Source of the DNA: Candidatus Zixiibacteriota bacterium
GTDB lineage: Bacteria > Electryoneota > B3-LCP
Direction of reading: 5' to 3'
DNA length: 64,000 bases
NCBI GenBank assembly: GCA_003599535.1
Contig: QZKQ01000056.1
Location: forward strand, 6,124-70,123
The translations under genes and the position numbers were made by a program. Positions within the stretch are counted from its first letter, which is position 1, and each line of letters begins with the position of its first letter. Shown in pieces: positions 48,289 to 56,735 of the stretch. Below the pieces are notes generated by a model, which saw only the letters and a program-made list of their open reading frames with translations, was not told where the DNA came from and searched no databases.

Positions 48289-48602
48289 TGTAGTTGCGTG
48301 ACGGAATGCGTACAGCCTAAGAACAGCGTGAACAGTCATAATATACTAATAGTTTCCGGCCAAGTCATGTGCAATTTTTTGCGTTTTTCGCCACCTTCGC
48401 CCCGCTAAAAGAACGCATCTTCAAATAAGGTTGGTTGCCGTCCGGATTGGAATCCGTCGGCAGACGGATGGTTCCGGACGGCATGCCTGCCGGGAATCGC
48501 TTCGCTTTAATCCCGGCAGGAACAACAAAGCCCCATATACGGGGCTCCCTCCAGCCCGCCGCCGGCGGGCTGCATTTTGATATTTAATATTTGATATTTG
48601 AT

Positions 48603-49157
48603 CTACCCGAGTACCACCCTCAGGTCTTCCTCCGTATTCAGGTTGAACAGCCCCTCCCCGCCTTTCCTCGCCCCCACCGCCTCCCACGCCACTCCCTCCC
48701 AGACCGGGGCGAAGGAATAGTGGATTCCCGCCAGGCGCTCTTCCCACAGGGGCAGGGTGTCGCGGCGGTAGAGCGCCGCCAGCGGTTCGGGGCGGCCGTC
48801 GCGGGTCAGGCAGGCGAGAGGCCGGTGCGATCCGGCGGCCCGCAGCAGCGCCTCCAGGTCGCGCCCGGAGAGTCGCGGCAGGTCCACCGCCAGCACCAGC
48901 GCCCAGTCCGTGGGGCAGACGCGCAGCGCCGCCACCAGCCCGCCCAAGGGGCCGCAGCCGAGGCGCGCGTCGGGCAGCCCACCGGGCAGGTCGTCCCCCA
49001 CCAGCGCCGGGGCCCGGCCCAGCGCCGCTTCGATTCTCCTGGCTGTGGCAGCCAGCAGGGTCCGCCCGTCCAGCCGCAGGAAACGCTTGTCCCGGCCCAG
49101 GCGGGTGGACCGGCCGCCGGCCAGCACGTACCCGGTGACGTGGTGCCGGGGGTTCAC
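48603..49157 (-). CDS. mobA: Molybdenum cofactor guanylyltransferase
   Basis: YVLAGGRSTRLGRDK, GPLGGL, LAVDLP, EPLAALY, FNLNTEED; GTGA overlap with upstream gene. Confidence 0.85.
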   Translation of the reverse strand: MNPRHHVTGYVLAGGRSTRLGRDKRFLRLDGRTLLAATARRIEAALGRAPALVGDDLPGGLPDARLGCGPLGGLVAALRVCPTDWALVLAVDLPRLSGRDLEALLRAAGSHRPLACLTRDGRPEPLAALYRRDTLPLWEERLAGIHYSFAPVWEGVAWEAVGARKGGEGLFNLNTEEDLRVVLG

Positions 49158-49984
49158 GGCTGCTCCCGGGGCGGATCCAGGTGGGCGAAATCCAGCGCCC
49201 GGACGTGGTGGACGGCCTTGCGGGCGAAGTTGGCCGCCGACACCGCGGTGTAGCCCAGCAGCAGTATCAGCCGCAGGGGGAGGTCGTGGCCGGTCATGGT
49301 GAGGCGGGGCAGCAGAATTTCGGCGGCGAAGAACAGGGTCAGCAGGTTCATGGCCGGGTGCACCAGCAGGGTCAGGACGAAGTCCGCCCGGCCGCGCTGT
49401 TGGGTGGTGACGAAGGCCGCGCCCAGGGCGGTGCGGAATTCCGGCCGGCGCAGCACGCCGGGGGCTTTGTCCAGCCGTTCCAGCAGGGTTTCCACCAGGC
49501 AGAAGCGGGGGTAAATGGTCCAGGCCGCCAGGAAGGCGCCGCACAGCAGCGGCACGGCGCTGCCGGTCAGGCGGAAGGCGCCCCAGCCCCAGAAGAAGTA
49601 CATGGCCGTCTTGGGCAGGTGGTCGAAGAGCTTGTCCAGGTATTCCCCGGCCAGGTTGCCGCCCTGGCCGCGGCGGCGGGCCACGTCGCCGTCGGCGGCG
49701 TCCAGGATGAAGTGGACCTGCAGCAGCAGCATGCCCAGCAGCCCCACCCGGGGGTCGGTCGAGACCAGCAGCAGCGCCCCGGGCAACCCCACAAGCAGCT
49801 TCAGCAGGGAGACGCCGTTGCCGGAAAAGCCCAGCGCGGCCAGCAGCGGCGCGACTTTCCGGGCCAGCGGCCGGGCCACCTTGCGGCGGTAAAGCGAGGT
49901 GTCGCAGTAGGGCGGAGCCGGATCCCAGGGCAGATCGGAAGGGCGGGGACGCTCTTCAGCCGCGTTTGCGGATGACGGTGACAC
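49154..49984 (-). CDS. CDP-alcohol phosphatidyl-/phosphotransferase family protein
   Basis: Signature DAADGDVARRRG...GEYLDKLFD; multiple TMs. Confidence 0.9.
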   Translation of the reverse strand: MSPSSANAAEERPRPSDLPWDPAPPYCDTSLYRRKVARPLARKVAPLLAALGFSGNGVSLLKLLVGLPGALLLVSTDPRVGLLGMLLLQVHFILDAADGDVARRRGQGGNLAGEYLDKLFDHLPKTAMYFFWGWGAFRLTGSAVPLLCGAFLAAWTIYPRFCLVETLLERLDKAPGVLRRPEFRTALGAAFVTTQQRGRADFVLTLLVHPAMNLLTLFFAAEILLPRLTMTGHDLPLRLILLLGYTAVSAANFARKAVHHVRALDFAHLDPPREQP

Positions 49985-50786
49985 GGAATTGTCCGGGGAT
50001 GAAGTTCAGCGCGTTCAGCGCGCAGGAGGCCAGGTAATAGACGGTCAGGAATACTTTTCGGGCGCGGCTTTCGGGGGCGAAGTAATAGTGCAGGTATTCG
50101 AACTGGCCGGCGAAGCCGCGGGAATATTCGCGCACCGCACCGTCCCGGCGCAGTTGCGGGGGCAGGCAGTCTCGCAGCGAAGCCACGCCGTCCTTGGGGC
50201 CGAAAGGCCAGCGTCCGGCGCGCTGGGCGCGGCGCATGGCCAAGGGATGAATGCCGGAGCGGGTGTCGTTGTTGACGCTGATCACGCGGCCGGATTCCCG
50301 GGTCACCCGCAGCATTTCGGCCAGGGCGCGGGCGCGCATTTCCGGGCCGAAGTGATCCAGCACCCCCACGTTGAAGGCGGCGTCGAAGATTCCCGGCTTG
50401 AAGGGCAGGTGCAGGATGGAGGCCTGCACCGCGGCCGCAGGCAGCCCCAGGTCCCGGGCCCGCCGCTGGTCGAATTCCAGGGCGGCGCGGGAGACATCCA
50501 GCAGGACGACGCGGTTGCCGGCGCGAGCCAGCCGCAGGGAATGTTCCGCCGTGCCGCAGCCCGCCTCCAGGAGGCGTTGTCCCCGGGGGTCGCCGGTTTC
50601 GCGCCGCACCAGGCGCCAGGCCAGTTCCACGCCGCCGCCGCGCCGCAGGAAGCGCTTCAGCCGCGCTTTCAGGCTGAACAGGTCCGGTGCGGGTCCGGCG
50701 GCGACACGTTCCCAGTGCCGCGACCAGTTGGTCCGGGCTTGCCGGATGCGGGCGTCTTCATCCGCTGGGGGAGTGGGGTGATTCAC
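49956..50786 (-). CDS. Class I SAM-dependent methyltransferase
   Basis: LLEAGCGTA, LPFKPGIFDAAFNVGVLDHF. Confidence 0.88.
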   Translation of the reverse strand: MNHPTPPADEDARIRQARTNWSRHWERVAAGPAPDLFSLKARLKRFLRRGGGVELAWRLVRRETGDPRGQRLLEAGCGTAEHSLRLARAGNRVVLLDVSRAALEFDQRRARDLGLPAAAVQASILHLPFKPGIFDAAFNVGVLDHFGPEMRARALAEMLRVTRESGRVISVNNDTRSGIHPLAMRRAQRAGRWPFGPKDGVASLRDCLPPQLRRDGAVREYSRGFAGQFEYLHYYFAPESRARKVFLTVYYLASCALNALNFIPGQFRVTVIRKRG

Positions 50787-51483
50787 CGGGGATTCCGAAC
50801 ATTTTCCGGGCCCGCCGCAGATCCGCGGGCGTGTCTATTTCCATCCAGGGGTAGCCGGTGACGTCCAGGGCGGTGACCGGGCAGTCCCCCCGGCGGATGA
50901 CCTCCACCACCGCCTCTTCGAAGTAGCGGCTGGGGCGCCCGGAAGCCAGGATGCCGGCGGCCGCCCCTCGCAGGGCGGCCAGCCCCGCGGGAGAAAACTT
51001 CATCAGGGGGAGGGATTCCCCCGCTGCCTCGGACACGGGCAGGGTTTTGCTCAGGTCCGTGACCCGGCCGCCCGCCTGGGCCATCTTCATCGCTTCGGCG
51101 TCCAGGGAAGAGCAGTCCAGGGGGAGGATGACGTCGCCGGAGGCTTCCATCAGGCGGTCGAACAGACCCTCGCTCACGACCAGGTCGGCGTGGGCCAGGA
51201 TCAAGGGGCCGGCCAGGAGCCCGGCGCCGGCGTGGAAGGATACCAGGTTGTCGGAAGCGGCGTAGCCAGGGTTGAACACCGGGTGCGCCCCCAGGGCCTG
51301 TGCCGCCGGAGCCACCCGGTCGCGTTGGTGCCCCGTGACCACCACGATCTCCCCGGCGCCGCGCCGGCGGAGTTGTTCCACCAGGCGAGCCAGCAGGGTC
51401 CGCCCGCCGACCTCCAGCAGCGGTTTGGGAGTATTCCCGCCCAGGCGTAATCCTTGACCGGCAGCCAGGATCAGGGCCTGCAT
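50758..51483 (-). CDS. Nucleotidyltransferase (LicC/IPCT-like cytidylyltransferase)
   Basis: ALILAAGQGLRL..PKPLL, NPGYAASDN, AHADL, WMEIDTPADL. Confidence 0.88.
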   Translation of the reverse strand: MQALILAAGQGLRLGGNTPKPLLEVGGRTLLARLVEQLRRRGAGEIVVVTGHQRDRVAPAAQALGAHPVFNPGYAASDNLVSFHAGAGLLAGPLILAHADLVVSEGLFDRLMEASGDVILPLDCSSLDAEAMKMAQAGGRVTDLSKTLPVSEAAGESLPLMKFSPAGLAALRGAAAGILASGRPSRYFEEAVVEVIRRGDCPVTALDVTGYPWMEIDTPADLRRARKMFGIPGESPHSPSG

Positions 51484-52226
51484 CACACCTTCCGGCAGAT
51501 AAACAGGGACATGGTGGTGGTGGGCAGATCGTCGCCCCAGATGCCCTTCAGCCGGCGCAGCTCGGCGCGGGCGGCCATATGAGGCAGGCTCGCGAACAGC
51601 GCCAGGTCCAGCGGCCGCCAGGGGTGCTCGATGCTCTCCACGTGCAGCCCCGCGGCGGTGAACATGACGGTCCACTCCGGCTCGGAGGGATGGTATTCCC
51701 ACCCTTCCGCGACCGAATGCCGCTTCGCTTGCAGGGAATACGCCAGCCGGGCGCGTTCGTCGTCGGGGATGGTGGCCCAGTCTTCCACGCTGATCAGCCG
51801 ACCGCCGGGTTTGATGATGCGGGATATTTCCGCCACTGTGCGGGGGATAAGCTGCCGGGGCAGGTGATGGATGGTATCCATCTCCAGCACCCCGTCGAAG
51901 CTGGCGGTCTTAAGCGGCAGCCATTCGGCCGCCGCCTGGATCAGGGGCAGATCCCGTCCCAGGCGCGCCCGGGACAGGTGCAGGAAATTACGGGCCAGAT
52001 CCAGGCCGTAGTAGCGCATCGCCGGCCACCGGCGTTTGGCTGCGGCTCCCACGATGCCGGGCCCAATGCCCACTTCCAGCCAGCGTTCATGCTGGTGCTG
52101 CCCCAACAATTCCACCACGCGCGCATCCGCCGCGCTCCAGCCCCGCTTGGTATAATAACTATCCGCCTGGGCTTCCCAATGTTCGCGCATCCAGGCTGTG
52201 GCCTCACGTTCAGTCACCCGTCTCAT
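51483..52226 (-). CDS. Class I SAM-dependent methyltransferase
   Basis: WLEVGIGPG, AEWLPLKTASFD, IIKPGG. Confidence 0.85.
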   Translation of the reverse strand: MRRVTEREATAWMREHWEAQADSYYTKRGWSAADARVVELLGQHQHERWLEVGIGPGIVGAAAKRRWPAMRYYGLDLARNFLHLSRARLGRDLPLIQAAAEWLPLKTASFDGVLEMDTIHHLPRQLIPRTVAEISRIIKPGGRLISVEDWATIPDDERARLAYSLQAKRHSVAEGWEYHPSEPEWTVMFTAAGLHVESIEHPWRPLDLALFASLPHMAARAELRRLKGIWGDDLPTTTMSLFICRKV

Positions 52227-53442
52227 GTCCCACCGAAAAATACGTTCTGGAACCTCGCATGAGCAGGCTTCCGCAATATAATTGTAGGTGCTCGGGATCC
52301 GTAGCGTTTTCGCCCAGAGAATCCCATAGTTCCCAGATAATATATTCGAGCAGCCGCGTTGAGAAATAGCAGTTGCGCCGGTCGAAGGCCCCGACTCCAT
52401 AGATAGACTGTCCGTCGAAAATGCACCCGCCGCCGCAGATGCCAATGGCGGCGCAATCTCGGCATTCCACGTTCAGGAGGGGGATATAGCGGCTCCAATC
52501 CCCTCCTCCGGCCTTCAGTCCGGCTTCGTTGACGCAGGTTGTACGTATGTTTCCGGGAAATACAACAATTTTTTCTCCTTGCGCGGCGCAGTCCCGCAGG
52601 CGGAATTTCCGGTGGACCAGGGGCGCCAGCCGGCGGTTGATCTGGTCCACGAACAGTCCGTGCTCCCGGGCAAAGGGGAAGATGCGGATCAGTGCTTCGG
52701 TGTACTCGGGGAGACGATCCCAGACCTGGCCGTGGTGGTGGTGCGGCAGGTTCAGGCCCAGGCTGGCGGGGCGGAATTCCCGCACGATGGCTTCGACCAG
52801 TTCGGGCAGGGTGGCGATGTTGTGATCACCCACCACGGCGGAGATGCCGTAGTCCAGGCCCAGGTCGCACGCCTCCTTCAGGGCCCGGGCGACCTTGGTG
52901 TAGGATCCCCCCGCCCCGATCCGCGCGGTGTTGTGGGCGAACAGGTCGCCATCCAGGGAAAACAGCACCCCCACCCCGTGATCCCGATAAAAGCGCAGTC
53001 GCGACCGTTCCGTGCGCGTCCCGTTGGTGAAGATGATGATCTTGCCGCGGACCGTCTCCACCAGGTGGTCCACCGCCTCGCGGTAGAGCTCCGGCTCGCC
53101 GCCGGTGATCAGCAGCAGGCCGCCCGGGCCGAGGTCCCGGTTGAATTCCCGGGCCAGCGCGGCGATCTCCTCCCGGCTCATGGCCGGACGGGTCAGCGGC
53201 GGGGCGTTGGCGTCGAAGGAGCAGTAGCTGCAGCGCAGGTTGCACTGCGAGGTGATGACCGCCTGCATGGTGCGGACCCGGGGCGGCGTCAGGGGGATCT
53301 CGATGACGCGCTCCGGTTCCGGCGGGATGGCGCTTCCCGCGGGGAAGTATTCCCGGGTCAGGCCGTAGGCACCCCAGCGGCAGACGTCCTGGCCGCGGCG
53401 GAACAGGTGGTATTTTTCCGGCAGGCGGAGGATTTCGTTCAC
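52210..53442 (-). CDS. Radical SAM/SPASM domain protein
   Basis: CNLRCSYC, TGGEP, TNG, SLDG; SPASM CAA...C...CRDCAAIGICGGGC...C. Confidence 0.9.
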   Translation of the reverse strand: MNEILRLPEKYHLFRRGQDVCRWGAYGLTREYFPAGSAIPPEPERVIEIPLTPPRVRTMQAVITSQCNLRCSYCSFDANAPPLTRPAMSREEIAALAREFNRDLGPGGLLLITGGEPELYREAVDHLVETVRGKIIIFTNGTRTERSRLRFYRDHGVGVLFSLDGDLFAHNTARIGAGGSYTKVARALKEACDLGLDYGISAVVGDHNIATLPELVEAIVREFRPASLGLNLPHHHHGQVWDRLPEYTEALIRIFPFAREHGLFVDQINRRLAPLVHRKFRLRDCAAQGEKIVVFPGNIRTTCVNEAGLKAGGGDWSRYIPLLNVECRDCAAIGICGGGCIFDGQSIYGVGAFDRRNCYFSTRLLEYIIWELWDSLGENATDPEHLQLYCGSLLMRGSRTYFSVGHETGD

Positions 53443-54920
53443 GGCAGTTTTCCTTGCCAGTAGCTGCCCGCGGTAAAGGGCTGGTTGCGGGACGACAGCG
53501 ACACGTTGTCAATCAGGGCCTGGCGGTCGCCCTCGCCGGGGGCAAACCAGGGGCGGGATTCCCCGTCCCGCTGGTCGAACAGGCGCCAGATCATCCAGTT
53601 CAGAAACTCGCGTTCAAAGCGGCAGCGGTCGGGGTCTACCCCGTCCAGGCGCCCGGAGGCCTTGTAGGCGTCGTAGCGGCAGGCGCCCCCGCACACGGTC
53701 ATCGCGGGGCACAAACGGCAGTGGGGCATCTCCGGGGAGGAGAGCCCGGCCCACAGGCGGTGGTCGGGATGGTCCGGCGCCGGGAACGCCTCCCGCGGGT
53801 AAAACCAGCGCCGATCCGGGTAGCAGGAATCGCAGAATCCCATGACTCCGCCGGGAGCCAGCACCAGCCGCTCGCCGGGCGAAGAGCAGTCCTTCAGCAG
53901 GGGATTGCGGAACACGAAGGGACGCAACCGGCGGAAGGGCTGCTCGGCGTAGACGCCGTAGCGGCGGGTCACCTCCCAGCCTTCGATCAGGGCGGGGAAA
54001 GCCTGTTCGGTGGAGAGCTGGTAGGGATTGGGCTGGTCTCCGCGGCGGTGCAGGAAGGCGTTCAGACCGATGTCGTGGGGGTGGAAGCGGTCCACCAGGC
54101 ATTCCACCTGGCGGGCGAAGTCGTCCACGTTGTGCCGCCCCATGGTCACCGACAGCCCCACGCGGCAGCCGCGGGCGGTCAGCAGGTTCCAGGCCCGCTC
54201 GGAGGCGGCGAAAGCCCCTTCGCCCGGCGCGCGGCGCACCGCGTCGTTGACCGGGGGCAGGCCGTCCAGGGAGAGGATGACGAAGACGTCGTGGCGGGCC
54301 AGAACCTCCGCCTGGTACTCCGTCATCCCCAGCCCGGAGGTGGTGAAGCAGAACCGCACCTCGTCCTGGCGGAAGAAGGTCCGGGGGCGGGCCCGGCGCA
54401 GGACCTCCTCCACCAGGGGGAAGGCCAGCAGCGGCTCGCCGCCGTAGACCAGGAGGTCCAGCGGCTTGGTGGTATCGGTGCAGAGCCGGGCGCAGGTTTC
54501 CAGCCCCGCGACGATCTCCTCCCGGGTCATGGTGCGCGCTTCGCCCCGCCCGGTGCGCTGATGGCAGTAGCGGCAACTCAAGGCGCAGTCGGTGGTGGGC
54601 AGCAGGCAAATGAAGCGGAAGGTCCCCCGGCGGGCGGCGGCGGCCAGGGCCTGGTGGTCGGCCTGGTCGGTCCCGGCGCCCCGTGGCAGCAGGATTTTCT
54701 CTTCCCGCAGTCGGGCTGCCAGGTCCGGCGGCAGGCTTTCCCGCACGCCGCCCCGGCGCAGGTAGACCGCGGCCAGGTTCAGGGGGCGGTACAGGGCGAT
54801 CCAGTCGCCGCGCCGGGAAGCCCACAGGTCGCCGGACCACTCCCATTCCGGCGGCGCCGGGGGCAGGAGAGGGGATTCCGGCTGATCCGGGCCGGTTACG
54901 CGGAAAAAATCATCGTGCAT
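53439..54920 (-). CDS. Radical SAM/SPASM domain protein with N-terminal extension
   Basis: CALSCRYC, YGGEP, SLDG; SPASM CSS...C...CRLCPAMTVCGGAC...C. Confidence 0.9.
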   Translation of the reverse strand: MHDDFFRVTGPDQPESPLLPPAPPEWEWSGDLWASRRGDWIALYRPLNLAAVYLRRGGVRESLPPDLAARLREEKILLPRGAGTDQADHQALAAAARRGTFRFICLLPTTDCALSCRYCHQRTGRGEARTMTREEIVAGLETCARLCTDTTKPLDLLVYGGEPLLAFPLVEEVLRRARPRTFFRQDEVRFCFTTSGLGMTEYQAEVLARHDVFVILSLDGLPPVNDAVRRAPGEGAFAASERAWNLLTARGCRVGLSVTMGRHNVDDFARQVECLVDRFHPHDIGLNAFLHRRGDQPNPYQLSTEQAFPALIEGWEVTRRYGVYAEQPFRRLRPFVFRNPLLKDCSSPGERLVLAPGGVMGFCDSCYPDRRWFYPREAFPAPDHPDHRLWAGLSSPEMPHCRLCPAMTVCGGACRYDAYKASGRLDGVDPDRCRFEREFLNWMIWRLFDQRDGESRPWFAPGEGDRQALIDNVSLSSRNQPFTAGSYWQGKLP

Positions 54921-55921
54921 AGGTAATTCTCATGCACCAGCCCCTTGCTTTCCTTCCAGCGGGCGGGAATGACCGGGTGGTCGCCGCGGACTTTGAAGCA
55001 GTATTCGTCCGGTTCGGCCGGATGGCCCAGCAGCCGCCGCGAGGCGCAGCCGCCGGCGCACACTTCAAGGGCGGAACAATCCCGGCAGACCGCGGGAACG
55101 GGCAATTCCATACTCTGCACCATTTTCCGGCGCTGGGTTTCGAAGCTGGAGAGCAGGTCGTCCAGCGTGGTGGTGCTGTGGTTCAGGTAAACGCAGGGTA
55201 CCACCTTGCCGTCGGCGTGCACCCGGAAGCTGTGCCTGCCGCAGGGGTTGCCGTGGTTGGCGCGCGGGTTGCCGATAGCGGCGTTGACCACCGGTTCGCT
55301 GCACGCGCTGAAGGCCGCCGCGCCAGCCATATCCGCGATGGCCTGCCAGAACTGCTCGTAGGTCGGCCGGTGATCGCGGCTGTGCACCGGCTTGTACACG
55401 TTGACCCGAAGGTTCAGGTCCAGTTTGCACGCCAATTCGGCCAGCTTCCCCATGGTGGCGGCGTTCTCCCGCATCAGGCAGCCCACCAGGCTGGCCTCGA
55501 CTCCCAGGTCGCGGCAGCGGGCCACCCCTTCCATGACGTAGTCGAACGACCCCTGCCCCCGCCACCGATCGTTGGTCTCGGCGTCGGGGTAGTCCAGGGA
55601 GAAGTCAATGTCGTGGAAGCGGCGCAGGTCCGCGTCGGGCAACTGGTGGACCGTCAATCCGTTGGTGGTCACCGCCAGGTCAATGCTCCGGTCCGACAGC
55701 TCTCGCACCAGCTCGGTGAACCGGGGATAGAGGATGCTTTCGCCGGTGCCGAAATTGATGCTTTCGACCGGCAGGCGGTTGACCAGGGACAGGACCTGCG
55801 CGTAATCCAGGTCATGGTACCCGTTGTGGGATCGGGAATAGCAGTGCGGGCAGGCGGCATTGCAGCGGTCGGTCAGCCCAATGCCGAAGGTGAAGCCGGG
55901 GGAGGTCCGATTTTCCCTCAT
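54896..55921 (-). CDS. Radical SAM/SPASM domain protein
   Basis: CNAACPHC, GTGE, TTNG; SPASM CG...PC...CRDCSALEVCAGGC...DEYC. Confidence 0.9.
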   Translation of the reverse strand: MRENRTSPGFTFGIGLTDRCNAACPHCYSRSHNGYHDLDYAQVLSLVNRLPVESINFGTGESILYPRFTELVRELSDRSIDLAVTTNGLTVHQLPDADLRRFHDIDFSLDYPDAETNDRWRGQGSFDYVMEGVARCRDLGVEASLVGCLMRENAATMGKLAELACKLDLNLRVNVYKPVHSRDHRPTYEQFWQAIADMAGAAAFSACSEPVVNAAIGNPRANHGNPCGRHSFRVHADGKVVPCVYLNHSTTTLDDLLSSFETQRRKMVQSMELPVPAVCRDCSALEVCAGGCASRRLLGHPAEPDEYCFKVRGDHPVIPARWKESKGLVHENYLCTMIFSA

Positions 55922-56712
55922 CGTTCGATTCGTCCTATCAGAGCTTCTCGGGCAATGCGGGCGTAATATTCGGGTTGGTCCTCAATGTCGAACAGATCCA
56001 GGGTGAAGAAACCGGAATAGTGGATGGCCTGGAAGGCGGCGAGCAGCGCGGCGAAGTCCAGGTCCCCTTCGCCGGGAATCCGGTGGCGGTGTTCCCGGCC
56101 GCGGATGTCCTCGATATGGGTGTGAACGATCCGTTCGCCCCAGCGGACGATGTCCCGGCCGAGGTCGGGTTCGGTGATATGGGCGTGCCCTACGTCGAGG
56201 TTGACTTTCAGCCGGGGTGATCCCACCACCTGGATCAGCATTTCCATTTCCCGGGTGCCGGCGATCACCGTGCCCGGCTCCGGTTCCACGGCGAAGTCCA
56301 CCCCGAATTCCTCGGCGTAGCGGCACATCCGGGTGGTGAAGCGGCACATAGCCGCGAAGGCCTCTTCCCCCTCGCCTGCCAGCGATCCGGAGATGAAGGT
56401 TCGCACGCCCAGGTCGCGGGCCAGCTCCAGGCCGGCCAGGCCCTTGCGCTGCTTCTCCTGCCAGCCGGCGCGCTTGCCGTGGAAACTGACCGCGGCGGCC
56501 TGCAGGCCGCTCTCCTCCAGGATCCGGCGCAGGGTGGGAAAATCGCAGCGTCCGGGTGCATCGGGATCCAGGTCGCTGTGCTCCAGGCACAGTTCGACCC
56601 CGTCGTAGCCCAGCTCCCGCAGAGTCTGGAGCGCTTCGGGCAGACTCCGCCGCCGGAAACCGGACAGACGAAAACCGATTTTTCCCGCCAGAAACCAGTA
56701 GAGATCCTGCAT
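55918..56712 (-). CDS. Sugar phosphate isomerase/epimerase (xylose isomerase-like TIM barrel, IolE/AP2Ec-like)
   Basis: LGYDGVEL, AVEPEP, NLDVGH, HTHIED..HRHRIPGEG. Confidence 0.88.
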   Translation of the reverse strand: MQDLYWFLAGKIGFRLSGFRRRSLPEALQTLRELGYDGVELCLEHSDLDPDAPGRCDFPTLRRILEESGLQAAAVSFHGKRAGWQEKQRKGLAGLELARDLGVRTFISGSLAGEGEEAFAAMCRFTTRMCRYAEEFGVDFAVEPEPGTVIAGTREMEMLIQVVGSPRLKVNLDVGHAHITEPDLGRDIVRWGERIVHTHIEDIRGREHRHRIPGEGDLDFAALLAAFQAIHYSGFFTLDLFDIEDQPEYYARIAREALIGRIER

Positions 56713-56735
56713 GCCGTCCGCCGGTTACATCAGGT

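Noticed and set aside
52210..55921. AhbC/AhbD alternative heme pathway, given proximity to hem genes
   Set aside because: Separate operon on the opposite strand, no ahbA/ahbB or siroheme genes, and the classical pathway is already complete
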